This document shows positions 48,326 to 56,389 of a DNA stretch of 64,000 bases, in pieces. Each line of letters starts with the position of its first letter. Positions within the stretch are counted from its first letter, which is position 1. The notes beneath the pieces are model-generated. The model saw nothing but the letters and a program-made list of their open reading frames with translations, made no database searches and had not been told where the DNA came from. The position numbers and the translations under genes were made by a program. Location of the stretch: IMG/VR virus record IMGVR_UViG_3300013114_000098. One strand, given 5' to 3'. The DNA is from a virus.

Positions 48326-49156
48326 ATGACAAACCCATTAATTCAAGCATATAGAAAGCCTGCTTTATACATTCCATTACCAAGTGGCGGTAAATTCTAC
48401 AAAAAGAAGCCGAAACTTAGCATAGATAATGAACTGGCAGTATATGCTATGACAGCAAGGGATGAACTTATTACTAAAACCCCAGATGCTTTGTTTAACG
48501 GAGAAGCCACAATTAGTTTGATTAAAAGTTGTTGCCCTGATATTGTTGAACCAGAAACAATGCCAGTAAGCGACTTACTTGTAATCTTAGTAGGTATTAG
48601 ACAAGCAAGTTATGGAAAAAATATAGACATCGATGTTAAATGTCCTAAGTGTGAGTTTGATAATCAATTGCAATTAGATGCAAATATAATGTTATCAAAC
48701 GCAAAAACTGGCACAATTGAGCAAAGTGTAACATTACCAAGTGATTTTAAAATTATTTGTAATCCATACACATTAAACGATAGAACTATGTTACAAGTTC
48801 AACAAATTAAACAAAACAAAATGATACAAGGATTGGCTAGTGAGAAACTAGAAGATGCTGAAAGACAAGATCTTTTTGGAAAAACATTTGTTGAAATTGC
48901 AGAACTTACTGTTAGTTTAATTACTAATAGTATTGTAAGTGTACAAGGTAAAGACACTGATGTTATCACAGATAAAGATACTATTAAAGAATGGCTACAA
49001 AATATTACTAAAAATGATTACGAAGTAATCAGAACTAAAATAGAGGAACTAAGCGAAAGTGGCTTAGAAACTAAATTTGCTGCCAATTGTCAAGACTGTG
49101 GACATAGTTGGAAGACTGGTGTGGACTTAGACGTCGCAAATTTTTTCGGGGGTTGA
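48326..49156 (+). CDS. gp26: Baseplate hub assembly protein / tail chaperone
   Basis: LPSGG, MTARDE, IR.ASYG, CPKC, CQDCGH, terminal NFF. Confidence 0.8.
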   Translation: MTNPLIQAYRKPALYIPLPSGGKFYKKKPKLSIDNELAVYAMTARDELITKTPDALFNGEATISLIKSCCPDIVEPETMPVSDLLVILVGIRQASYGKNIDIDVKCPKCEFDNQLQLDANIMLSNAKTGTIEQSVTLPSDFKIICNPYTLNDRTMLQVQQIKQNKMIQGLASEKLEDAERQDLFGKTFVEIAELTVSLITNSIVSVQGKDTDVITDKDTIKEWLQNITKNDYEVIRTKIEELSESGLETKFAANCQDCGHSWKTGVDLDVANFFGG

Positions 49157-49380
49157 TAGCTTCTCGTCAACCCGAAGACATTGTAAAATTAGTTGAACAG
49201 TATAATAAGGATTTAGAAACTACAGAAGGTAGCTACTTAGATGTAGTTATTCGTAGTGAAGGTGCGGTTAGTTATAAAGACATTCTGCAAATGCCTGTGA
49301 GCAGTATTAAACTCTTAATAGAACGTATGAATAGTCGTGTTGAGGAAATTAATAAAGCAAGAAAAGGTAATAGACGTTAG
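49141..49380 (+). CDS. gp51-like ORF, probably reached by -1 frameshift from gp26
   Basis: G.VSY.DIL.MP..... motif; no ATG or RBS near its 5' end; T TTT TTC slippery site. Confidence 0.6.
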   Translation, partial: FFRGLIASRQPEDIVKLVEQYNKDLETTEGSYLDVVIRSEGAVSYKDILQMPVSSIKLLIERMNSRVEEINKARKGNRR

Positions 49381-49820
49381 TGGCCTGTTATTAAATTATA
49401 ATAATCTTCTGGCCAACTGTCATAATATGTGGTGTTTTTGTGTAAATGTTTACGTTTTTCATGTAAATCGCTTTTTCTTTGAACAAACACACAGTCAGTA
49501 AAGTTCTTTACAAAATGTCCACTTGTTCTTGTACTAGTAAAATATAATAAGTGAGGATGTTTTTCTCTAAGCTCTGCACAAGTCTTTTCTATAAAAGACA
49601 TATCATCTACATCACCCAACCAACAAATAGCCATTTGGTACTTAACATGGTCAAATGATTCTAAAGCCAGAACATTGTCACGTGCATCAACAAACTGTAA
49701 TGCATTTTTAATTCTTGCACTTTTTGCATACGGACATATAGGATATCCATCATCCTTTAAAGGCTCAACTGATTCTTCTGCAAACTTTAAAAATTTAATC
49801 CGAAATTCGTCCAACGTCAT
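49377..49820 (-). CDS. Hypothetical protein (CPYAK motif)
   Basis: 147 aa, AGGA RBS; PICPYAK.AR...FVQR...L....YYDSW. Confidence 0.75.
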   Translation of the reverse strand: MTLDEFRIKFLKFAEESVEPLKDDGYPICPYAKSARIKNALQFVDARDNVLALESFDHVKYQMAICWLGDVDDMSFIEKTCAELREKHPHLLYFTSTRTSGHFVKNFTDCVFVQRKSDLHEKRKHLHKNTTYYDSWPEDYYNLITGH

Positions 49821-49949
49821 GTATATGTTTTCCTGATATAATTGATGTCTTCGACATCATCAACTTCGCAAAGCTAATCGCTTTGCTCGTTGTTGTTGCT
49901 TACGCTTTATACACTTATTTATGTTAATTTATATTGAATTTAAATGACT

Positions 49950-50418
49950 ACTTGACAAGATGCTTTATTCACACTTAGCCTTATACAGGCCAAGTGTAAA
50001 TTGTTCTTGACATAGAACTCTACCCACAGATACTATAGTAAACCTAGTTTAGCACCTAGGAAGGGCGGTTACGCGGTACCCTTATTACATACTGCTTTAT
50101 AACGCAGAAACACCCATTGCCATAGTATCAACTTTGGGTTGTCCTCAAGTTCCAAATTGTCAGGAGAGCTTGATCATTTTGATTTGTCAAATCAGTGCAT
50201 TGACTTATAGGCACACCAGTTCTGGTCACAATGAAGTAACCTCAAGGTGAGTCGAGCGAATCTCGACCAATCAGGGCCTTGTAGCCTATGTTAGTTTTTA
50301 TTAGCCTAAAATTGTATTTGAGTTGGAGCCGGACTTTAAGTCTGTATGAGTTTTGGTTTTACACTATTAGTTATCTTATGCTTTAATTATTAGCTGATAA
50401 TAAAGTTAAAACGCTACT
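49950..50418 (-). ncRNA. Putative large structured ncRNA (structured core ~49960-50290)
   Basis: Lies in a ~630-bp gap with no ORF; nested long-range helices; sigma70 promoter upstream. Confidence 0.65.
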
Positions 50419-50424
50419 TTTGTT

Positions 50425-50453
50425 ATAATAACAAAAATTTAATACGTTGTCAA
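50425..50453 (-). promoter_or_regulatory. Sigma70 promoter overlapping the GIY-YIG stop codon
   Basis: TTGACA-17-TATTAT. Confidence 0.75.
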
Positions 50454-50896
50454 CCTTTCTTTAAGTGTTCCGTAAGAATTTTTGAACTACCCACCCTTAC
50501 GTTAATAATGCCGTTATAGTATTCATCGGTTTCTAATACTCTACGGTCAAATTGTTCTTTTGCTTCCATGTAACTTAATACACCTTTACTAGGACAATAA
50601 TGTAAAATTTCTCTAGTAAATTTATTTGAACCAAGTGTTAGGACATCTGCGTTTAAATGATCTGATGACCCCCAATAGTCTTGCCAATCACTTTCTTTAT
50701 ATCCACGTCTTTTATTCTTTTTACCTTTAAGTGGTGGCTTAGTTGTTTTAAATCTTGCTAGTTTTTTACCTATGTATTTTTTATTGTTAGTAAGATTTGT
50801 AATTACATATACAAATCCTTCGCAATCATTAGGTAATTCATTGACTATTTTATTTTTATATGTCCATGGACAATTATTCTTCTTTGACCCATTCAT
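50450..50896 (-). CDS. GIY-YIG family endonuclease (catalytic domain only)
   Basis: GFVYVIT...KKYIGKK...YWGS...FTREIL...EAKEQ...YYN. Confidence 0.8.
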   Translation of the reverse strand: MNGSKKNNCPWTYKNKIVNELPNDCEGFVYVITNLTNNKKYIGKKLARFKTTKPPLKGKKNKRRGYKESDWQDYWGSSDHLNADVLTLGSNKFTREILHYCPSKGVLSYMEAKEQFDRRVLETDEYYNGIINVRVGSSKILTEHLKKG

Positions 50897-51032
50897 TTAT
50901 TGTTTTCCTAATCAAGTCTAAAGTATCTATACCTAGTTCGTCCTTTTTTATTGTTTCCGGTGCATGTAATAATACATAAGTCCATTTTTCGTGTAATTCT
51001 AATTCTTCTTGTTTGTTATATGTATTACGCAT
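50874..51032 (-). CDS. 52-aa hypothetical protein (below the ORF-track cutoff)
   Basis: MRNTYNKQEELELHEKWTYVLLHAPETIKKDELGIDTLDLIRKTINEWVKEE; fills the gap between gp46 and the GIY-YIG gene. Confidence 0.55.
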   Translation of the reverse strand: MRNTYNKQEELELHEKWTYVLLHAPETIKKDELGIDTLDLIRKTINEWVKEE

Positions 51033-52803
51033 CAATTACTTCTACTTCAGTGTCAAATGTAGTGAAGCCATTTTCTTTAGTAACTTGTAGCACTCTGCTA
51101 ACTCTACCTACTAATTCATCTCTGTGTGAAATAAGTAAAATATTCTTATTTCTATCACGTTCAAATTTCTTTAACACACCTAATGCACTATCAACACCAA
51201 CTGTGTCCATACCACTATCAACAAGTTCGTCTATACAAACAAAGTTAATAGGATGATTCATACTTTCAAATACATCACGGAATGCCCAACTAAGTCCAAG
51301 TATAAGTCTATTACGTTCTCCCCTTGATAAATTATCAAAATCTAAATCTTGACCAAGTTGTGTAATAGTTACAGTTAAGTCACTTTGAAATTCTACTTCA
51401 TGCGGTAAACCTAGTCGTGTAATATAATATTCTAAACGTGTGTTTAAAAATTGTAAGTTTTGTTCAATAATCTTTTTACGAATAAAACTATCTTTGTTAG
51501 TTAATAGTTTTAATAAAAAGTCTTGATGTTCTCTTAATTCTTCAAGTGTATTTACTTCTTCCCAATCTACATCTTGTAATCCTGTATTTTTTAAAACATC
51601 AATTTGTTCTATATACGGATTAGTTTCGTTTGCGGCATTAGTCATTGATGATTGTAACTTATCTATTTTACTTTGATGCTTATATGCTTCTTGTAAGGTA
51701 TTATATTCAATTGTGGGAGCATTTCCAATTTCACCAATGGCAGTAATTGCATTTGTGTACGATTCAATTAATTCGTTCTCTTCAGTAATTTGAGTTTGAC
51801 TTTCATTTACAAGTTCTGTTTTTTGAGAAACTATTTTATCATGTTGTTCATCATGAATATCTTGTCCACATGCATAACATTTATGTTCTAATGTAGCAGT
51901 TAAATCTTCTTGTGCCTTATCTAAACGTTTCTGTTCACGTTCAGAACTACTTGTAAGTCTAGCTATTTCAGCATTTAAAGTATCTATTTGGCCTTTCTTT
52001 TCATTAAATTCAGCAAACTCTTCGTGTGCTTTTATTTCTTTATCAATGTCAATATGTTCTAATGCTTGTATCTCACTAGTATATTCTTGAATACGTCCTT
52101 CTAGTTGTGAAGCCCATGTCTTTTCTCTACGTTCAAGATCTTTAATACTATTATTAATACGTTCGTTTGCATCTTCTACTCCTTTAAGTCTATATGTTTC
52201 TTCAGTTATTCTGTCTTTAGTATTTTTTAATAGTTCTTTAAGTATATCAGCCTTCTCACTAAGTTTAGTAATTCCTAACAATTGCTCAATCATGTCACGT
52301 TGATCATTTGCTCTCATACTTAAAAATGGTTCAGTGTATGTATTCAGTGCAATAATATGCTTAAACATATTATGAGTCATACCAAGTGTTTGTTCAATTA
52401 CGTGTTGGCTTTCTCTGCCTTGCCCTTGCATTTCATCTGTAATGTCGTCGTCATTGCTATCTACGTCATTGACTAGATATTTAAATACATTGGGTTTGCG
52501 TCCACGCTCAATACGATAATTTACACTGTCTATTTCAAAATCAACAGTGACCATCATATTTTTATTATTAGTTTTATTAACTAAGTTATCTTTTTTAATA
52601 CTGTATAACGCACTACCAAATAATGCATAACTTAATGCATTAATAATTGTTGTCTTACCTGTACCATTACGTGATCCATCACCACCTAAATCTAAATTAT
52701 TACCTAATACAAGTGTTAGCCCTGCATCATCAAAGTGAACAGCCTGTGTGACATTGCCCACACTCATAAAGTTCTTTACGGTGATATTTTTAATTATTAG
52801 CAT
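51025..52803 (-). CDS. gp46: Rad50/SbcC-like recombination ATPase
   Basis: KNFMSVGN, NGTGKTT, CYAC zinc hook, LSRGERNR, IDELVD, ISH. Confidence 0.95.
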   Translation of the reverse strand: MLIIKNITVKNFMSVGNVTQAVHFDDAGLTLVLGNNLDLGGDGSRNGTGKTTIINALSYALFGSALYSIKKDNLVNKTNNKNMMVTVDFEIDSVNYRIERGRKPNVFKYLVNDVDSNDDDITDEMQGQGRESQHVIEQTLGMTHNMFKHIIALNTYTEPFLSMRANDQRDMIEQLLGITKLSEKADILKELLKNTKDRITEETYRLKGVEDANERINNSIKDLERREKTWASQLEGRIQEYTSEIQALEHIDIDKEIKAHEEFAEFNEKKGQIDTLNAEIARLTSSSEREQKRLDKAQEDLTATLEHKCYACGQDIHDEQHDKIVSQKTELVNESQTQITEENELIESYTNAITAIGEIGNAPTIEYNTLQEAYKHQSKIDKLQSSMTNAANETNPYIEQIDVLKNTGLQDVDWEEVNTLEELREHQDFLLKLLTNKDSFIRKKIIEQNLQFLNTRLEYYITRLGLPHEVEFQSDLTVTITQLGQDLDFDNLSRGERNRLILGLSWAFRDVFESMNHPINFVCIDELVDSGMDTVGVDSALGVLKKFERDRNKNILLISHRDELVGRVSRVLQVTKENGFTTFDTEVEVIDA

Positions 52804-53826
52804 TTATGTTGTTAGTCCTCTGTAAATATCTACTAGTAGTTGCTTTTTAATAGTATCACTTTGTACTGAGTTAAGTTGCGACAGTACAATGCTATCTACG
52901 TTTTCTACTTGGATATCAACTCCTTTATTCCAGTCTTGTGTATGTTCTTCTTTTTTGCTAGGCATAAGAGCAATCTCACGTAAGTTGTATTGTTTAATAA
53001 ATGTTTCTTTAATAAAGTTTGCTTCTTCGTATGTAATACCAACATCTAATGTAACACGGCAATGTGTTTTATCAGATAAGTATTTGTCTGGGTTATCTAT
53101 TAATTTACTTAATGTTAAAGTTCTATACTTAGGAGCATCTGGCCATGCTAGATATTCTATATTGCCATCCCAATCTAAAAACATGCATCCTCTGTCGTCG
53201 TCCCATGTATCAGCATAGTTATGTGGGAAACAATTGCCTGGGTAAATTACATTGCCACGTTTTTGTCTTTTATGAAAGTGTCCACTAAAAACCATCTCAG
53301 GTTTTGATAAGTCTTCTGCTTTAAGACCTCCTGTGTCTGGCATTTGTACAAGGGCATTCATATAAAAGTCTGGCAATTCAAAATGACCAAACATAAATTT
53401 ACATTCAATTTGTTTTAACTTTTTCCATTCGTCATCACATAGCCAAGGAATAAATGCTACGCCATCTTCAATAAGCATTTCCTTGTTTACCATTCTAATT
53501 TTTTTGAAGTCCTCAATCATTGATAAACTATGAATCTCACGCTTTTCACGATAATATAAATCATGATTACCAGTGATCATTATAATCTCATCAAAGTTCT
53601 CATTAAGTCTTCGTAAGTTACTAGTGGTATAATTTAGTGTGCTAACATTGATACTAGCACGATTGTGATGCCAATCTCCTAAGAAGAAACATTTTTTAAT
53701 GCCTCTTTTATGAGCTTCAGCAATCATCCATATGATAAAATCTTCACAATCCTGGTTATGATATCTACTGTTATTCTTCATGCCAAAGTGAATATCAGTA
53801 AAGATCACTGCTTTGTCAAAAAACAT
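52804..53826 (-). CDS. gp47: Mre11/SbcD-like nuclease
   Basis: DIHFG, LGDW, GNHD, FGHFE, SGHFH. Confidence 0.95.
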   Translation of the reverse strand: MFFDKAVIFTDIHFGMKNNSRYHNQDCEDFIIWMIAEAHKRGIKKCFFLGDWHHNRASINVSTLNYTTSNLRRLNENFDEIIMITGNHDLYYREKREIHSLSMIEDFKKIRMVNKEMLIEDGVAFIPWLCDDEWKKLKQIECKFMFGHFELPDFYMNALVQMPDTGGLKAEDLSKPEMVFSGHFHKRQKRGNVIYPGNCFPHNYADTWDDDRGCMFLDWDGNIEYLAWPDAPKYRTLTLSKLIDNPDKYLSDKTHCRVTLDVGITYEEANFIKETFIKQYNLREIALMPSKKEEHTQDWNKGVDIQVENVDSIVLSQLNSVQSDTIKKQLLVDIYRGLTT

Positions 53827-54744
53827 TTACTCTCCTGTTTCTTCAGTTTCTTCGTCGGGAATTTCGTATGTTGTTACTTTTAACGTAGGATTTTCTAGTT
53901 TCTTTTTTTCTTCACTTCTAAGATGAGCTTCCCATTCTGCATTAAATGTTCTAGTGCTACTTGGATTTAGCCCTTCTTCTTCTAGTAAGTCATCTCTAAT
54001 ATTTTGACTACGTTTTTCTAAGTTTAAAACTCTTGTAAAACTATTATTAATTGCCGCAGTATAATAAGCAAATGGGTTTTGACTCTTAAGTTCATTAAAT
54101 TGTAAGCCAATTTGTGCAAGTTGTAACAACGCCTGCCCACGCATCTCATCTACATATGTGTATCCACGCCAGTTACCTCGCATACTATAACGTTCGCATA
54201 GTTTAATATACATTTTTGCTAAAGAATCTGTTGTTTGTCCATGATGAACATTAAAATGACCGTTATCTTTTCCACCTTCCCAATGGCTTCTAACTACTTC
54301 ATTCCATTTGCCATTCTGCATTGCATAATGTTTAAATGGAGGAAAATTACATTTACTATGTAAATCTGCTTCTGATTTTGGTTTATTTTTTCTATTTTCT
54401 TCTGGTATATGATCAAATGTCATTACACGTACTACAATGTCATCATCTTTAATAGTATCAATATCAACTGCAAAATCTGCAGCTCTTGGTTTAGTTTTCT
54501 TTCCTGTTAAACCTTGCTCCCATCGTCCTACTTCAACTTGGTGTGCTAACTTTTGTAATCTTGTTGCTCTGTTTTGTTTTGCTTCTGCAATTGCTTCTTT
54601 TGTTATTTCTTCAAATCCGGTTACAATAAGATCAAAATGTGTATAATTATCATCTTTAGTCCAACAATACGTCATTTTACTATTATGTATTTCTCTTAAC
54701 AAATCTTTATTTGTTAAGTAAAAAGTTTTCTTTTTGGTTGTCAT
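53827..54744 (-). CDS. gp55: Late transcription sigma factor
   Basis: NWRGYTYVDEM...FNELKSQNPFAYYT...NSF; consistent with the TAAATA promoters. Confidence 0.85.
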   Translation of the reverse strand: MTTKKKTFYLTNKDLLREIHNSKMTYCWTKDDNYTHFDLIVTGFEEITKEAIAEAKQNRATRLQKLAHQVEVGRWEQGLTGKKTKPRAADFAVDIDTIKDDDIVVRVMTFDHIPEENRKNKPKSEADLHSKCNFPPFKHYAMQNGKWNEVVRSHWEGGKDNGHFNVHHGQTTDSLAKMYIKLCERYSMRGNWRGYTYVDEMRGQALLQLAQIGLQFNELKSQNPFAYYTAAINNSFTRVLNLEKRSQNIRDDLLEEEGLNPSSTRTFNAEWEAHLRSEEKKKLENPTLKVTTYEIPDEETEETGE

Positions 54745-54772
54745 AATGTGAAAGTTCCTTTATGTAATTAGT

Positions 54773-54802
54773 ATTATACGGCATATGCCATGTCTGTGTC
54801 AA
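54773..54802 (-). promoter_or_regulatory. Sigma70 promoter for gp55-gp47-gp46
   Basis: TTGACA-18-TATAAT; the spacer holds the palindrome GGCATATGCC. Confidence 0.8.
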
Positions 54803-54846
54803 CCTGTTTTTTTAAATTGATAAATACTACGAACGGAGAAGTAATT

Positions 54847-55458
54847 ATGTTAATTGAACATGTTTTAAAAGAGGGCGTAGACAACATAGCTGTATTTTAT
54901 GGCGGTCGTTTTCAACCTATGCACCAAGGACATCACGATGTTTATAAACATCTAATCCAAAAGTTTGGTGCTGATAATGTATTTATCGCCACAACATTTA
55001 GCCAAAAAGCTGTGAAAGCACACTCACAGGGCGACTACGGTAGTGATCCTTTTACATTTGATGAAAAGGCAAGTATCATGAATAAGATGTTCAATATACC
55101 CGGTGATAAGATTATTAAAACTAATCCATATAGACCAGACATGGCAGCGGCAGGTAAAGACCCAGAAACTACTGCACAAATACTTGTGTATGGTGAAAAA
55201 GATGCTAATAGACTTGCTACAGGTGGTGAAGGGTTCTTACATAAATTACCAACCGATATGAATGAATTAGTTCCTACAGCACAAGAACGAGGCTACGTAT
55301 ATGTAGCACCACTTATGCAAGGTGGAATGAGTGCAAGTGATTTCCGTGCAACAATGGCTAAAACAATGGACGAAAAAGAGAAACAACAAGCATTTACAAA
55401 GTTTTTTGGCAAATTTGACGAACAAGTTTATCGTTTTATTGAGGAGAGATTAACATAA
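54847..55458 (+). CDS. Cytidylyltransferase-like (HxGH) nucleotidyltransferase
   Basis: GGRFQPMHQGH, DPFTFDEK, GEKD, MSASDFR; late promoter at 54819-54827. Confidence 0.8.
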   Translation: MLIEHVLKEGVDNIAVFYGGRFQPMHQGHHDVYKHLIQKFGADNVFIATTFSQKAVKAHSQGDYGSDPFTFDEKASIMNKMFNIPGDKIIKTNPYRPDMAAAGKDPETTAQILVYGEKDANRLATGGEGFLHKLPTDMNELVPTAQERGYVYVAPLMQGGMSASDFRATMAKTMDEKEKQQAFTKFFGKFDEQVYRFIEERLT

Positions 55459-56102
55459 TGGCAGGCGTAACAAACAAAGCAAAATTACTAATGAAAGAAA
55501 AAGGTAAACCATTTTTCTTAGGTTCTGGTAGATTAACTCATGAGCAAAGTATATTAAACCCACTTAGTAATGACGGTGGTGTAGTGTTTCCTTTAACACC
55601 TACTATTCAAATGTCACATAGTGCTAACTATGGAACATATGATGTGACTGGATCAATATATCAACAAAATTATTATATTAACACACCAAATCCGCCTATA
55701 TCAATAACAGCATTGTTTCCTTCTAATACAGCAGAAGAAGCGGCATATACAGCGGCGTCATTACATTTTTTTAAATCATGTATGAAATCTGATTTTGGTT
55801 CACAAGCAGGAGCTACAGCAGGTACTCCACCACCAATATTAAAGTTTAGTTGTTATGGCTCAGTACATGCCTCAAACGTTCCGTGTGTTATTAGAAACTT
55901 TACATACACATTACCAGAAGACACAGACTACGTAGAAGTTAAAGCAGGAAACGGTGAAATGATTGCCGTTCCTACATTATCACTAGTATCAGTAGAACTA
56001 GTACCTCAACTTCCACCAAAAGCAGTTAAAGATCGGTTCAACATAAGAACATATGCAAGTGGAATTGCATTAAATGATGGCAACCCAGACGGATTTATAT
56101 AA
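55458..56102 (+). CDS. Baseplate / tail-tube initiator-like protein
   Basis: VFPLTPTI...GTPPPILKFS.YG...VPCVI..F; first gene of the baseplate cluster. Confidence 0.65.
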   Translation: MAGVTNKAKLLMKEKGKPFFLGSGRLTHEQSILNPLSNDGGVVFPLTPTIQMSHSANYGTYDVTGSIYQQNYYINTPNPPISITALFPSNTAEEAAYTAASLHFFKSCMKSDFGSQAGATAGTPPPILKFSCYGSVHASNVPCVIRNFTYTLPEDTDYVEVKAGNGEMIAVPTLSLVSVELVPQLPPKAVKDRFNIRTYASGIALNDGNPDGFI

Positions 56103-56103
56103 T

Positions 56104-56388
56104 ATGGCAAATTACAGAACAGACAGTTTATACAGAGATACAAAAATCATTAATAAACAATATTTAGATGTATTAGATGTTAACAGTATTGATATAGCTA
56201 ATACAGCAACTAAACTATTAATACTAGAAGAAAAATATAATGAGAAACCAGATCTGTTAGCATACGACTTGTATGGTAACGCAAAATTATGGTGGGTGTT
56301 TGCTTTATTTAATCAAGACGAATTAGCAGATCCTATTGTAGATTTTAAAACAGGCTTAAAAATATCAGTTCCTATAAGGTTCTCATAA
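56104..56388 (+). CDS. gp53: Baseplate wedge protein (LysM-like)
   Basis: KPDLLAYDLYGNAKLWWVFALFN. Confidence 0.8.
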   Translation: MANYRTDSLYRDTKIINKQYLDVLDVNSIDIANTATKLLILEEKYNEKPDLLAYDLYGNAKLWWVFALFNQDELADPIVDFKTGLKISVPIRFS

Positions 56389-56389
56389 C

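Noticed and set aside
50323-50338. AAAGTCCGGCTCCA on the minus strand resembles the RNase P RNA motif GAGGAAAGTCCGGGCTCC
   Set aside because: It lacks GAGG, and I found no 3' AGAACCCGGCTTA partner or P1-P3 helices; probably chance
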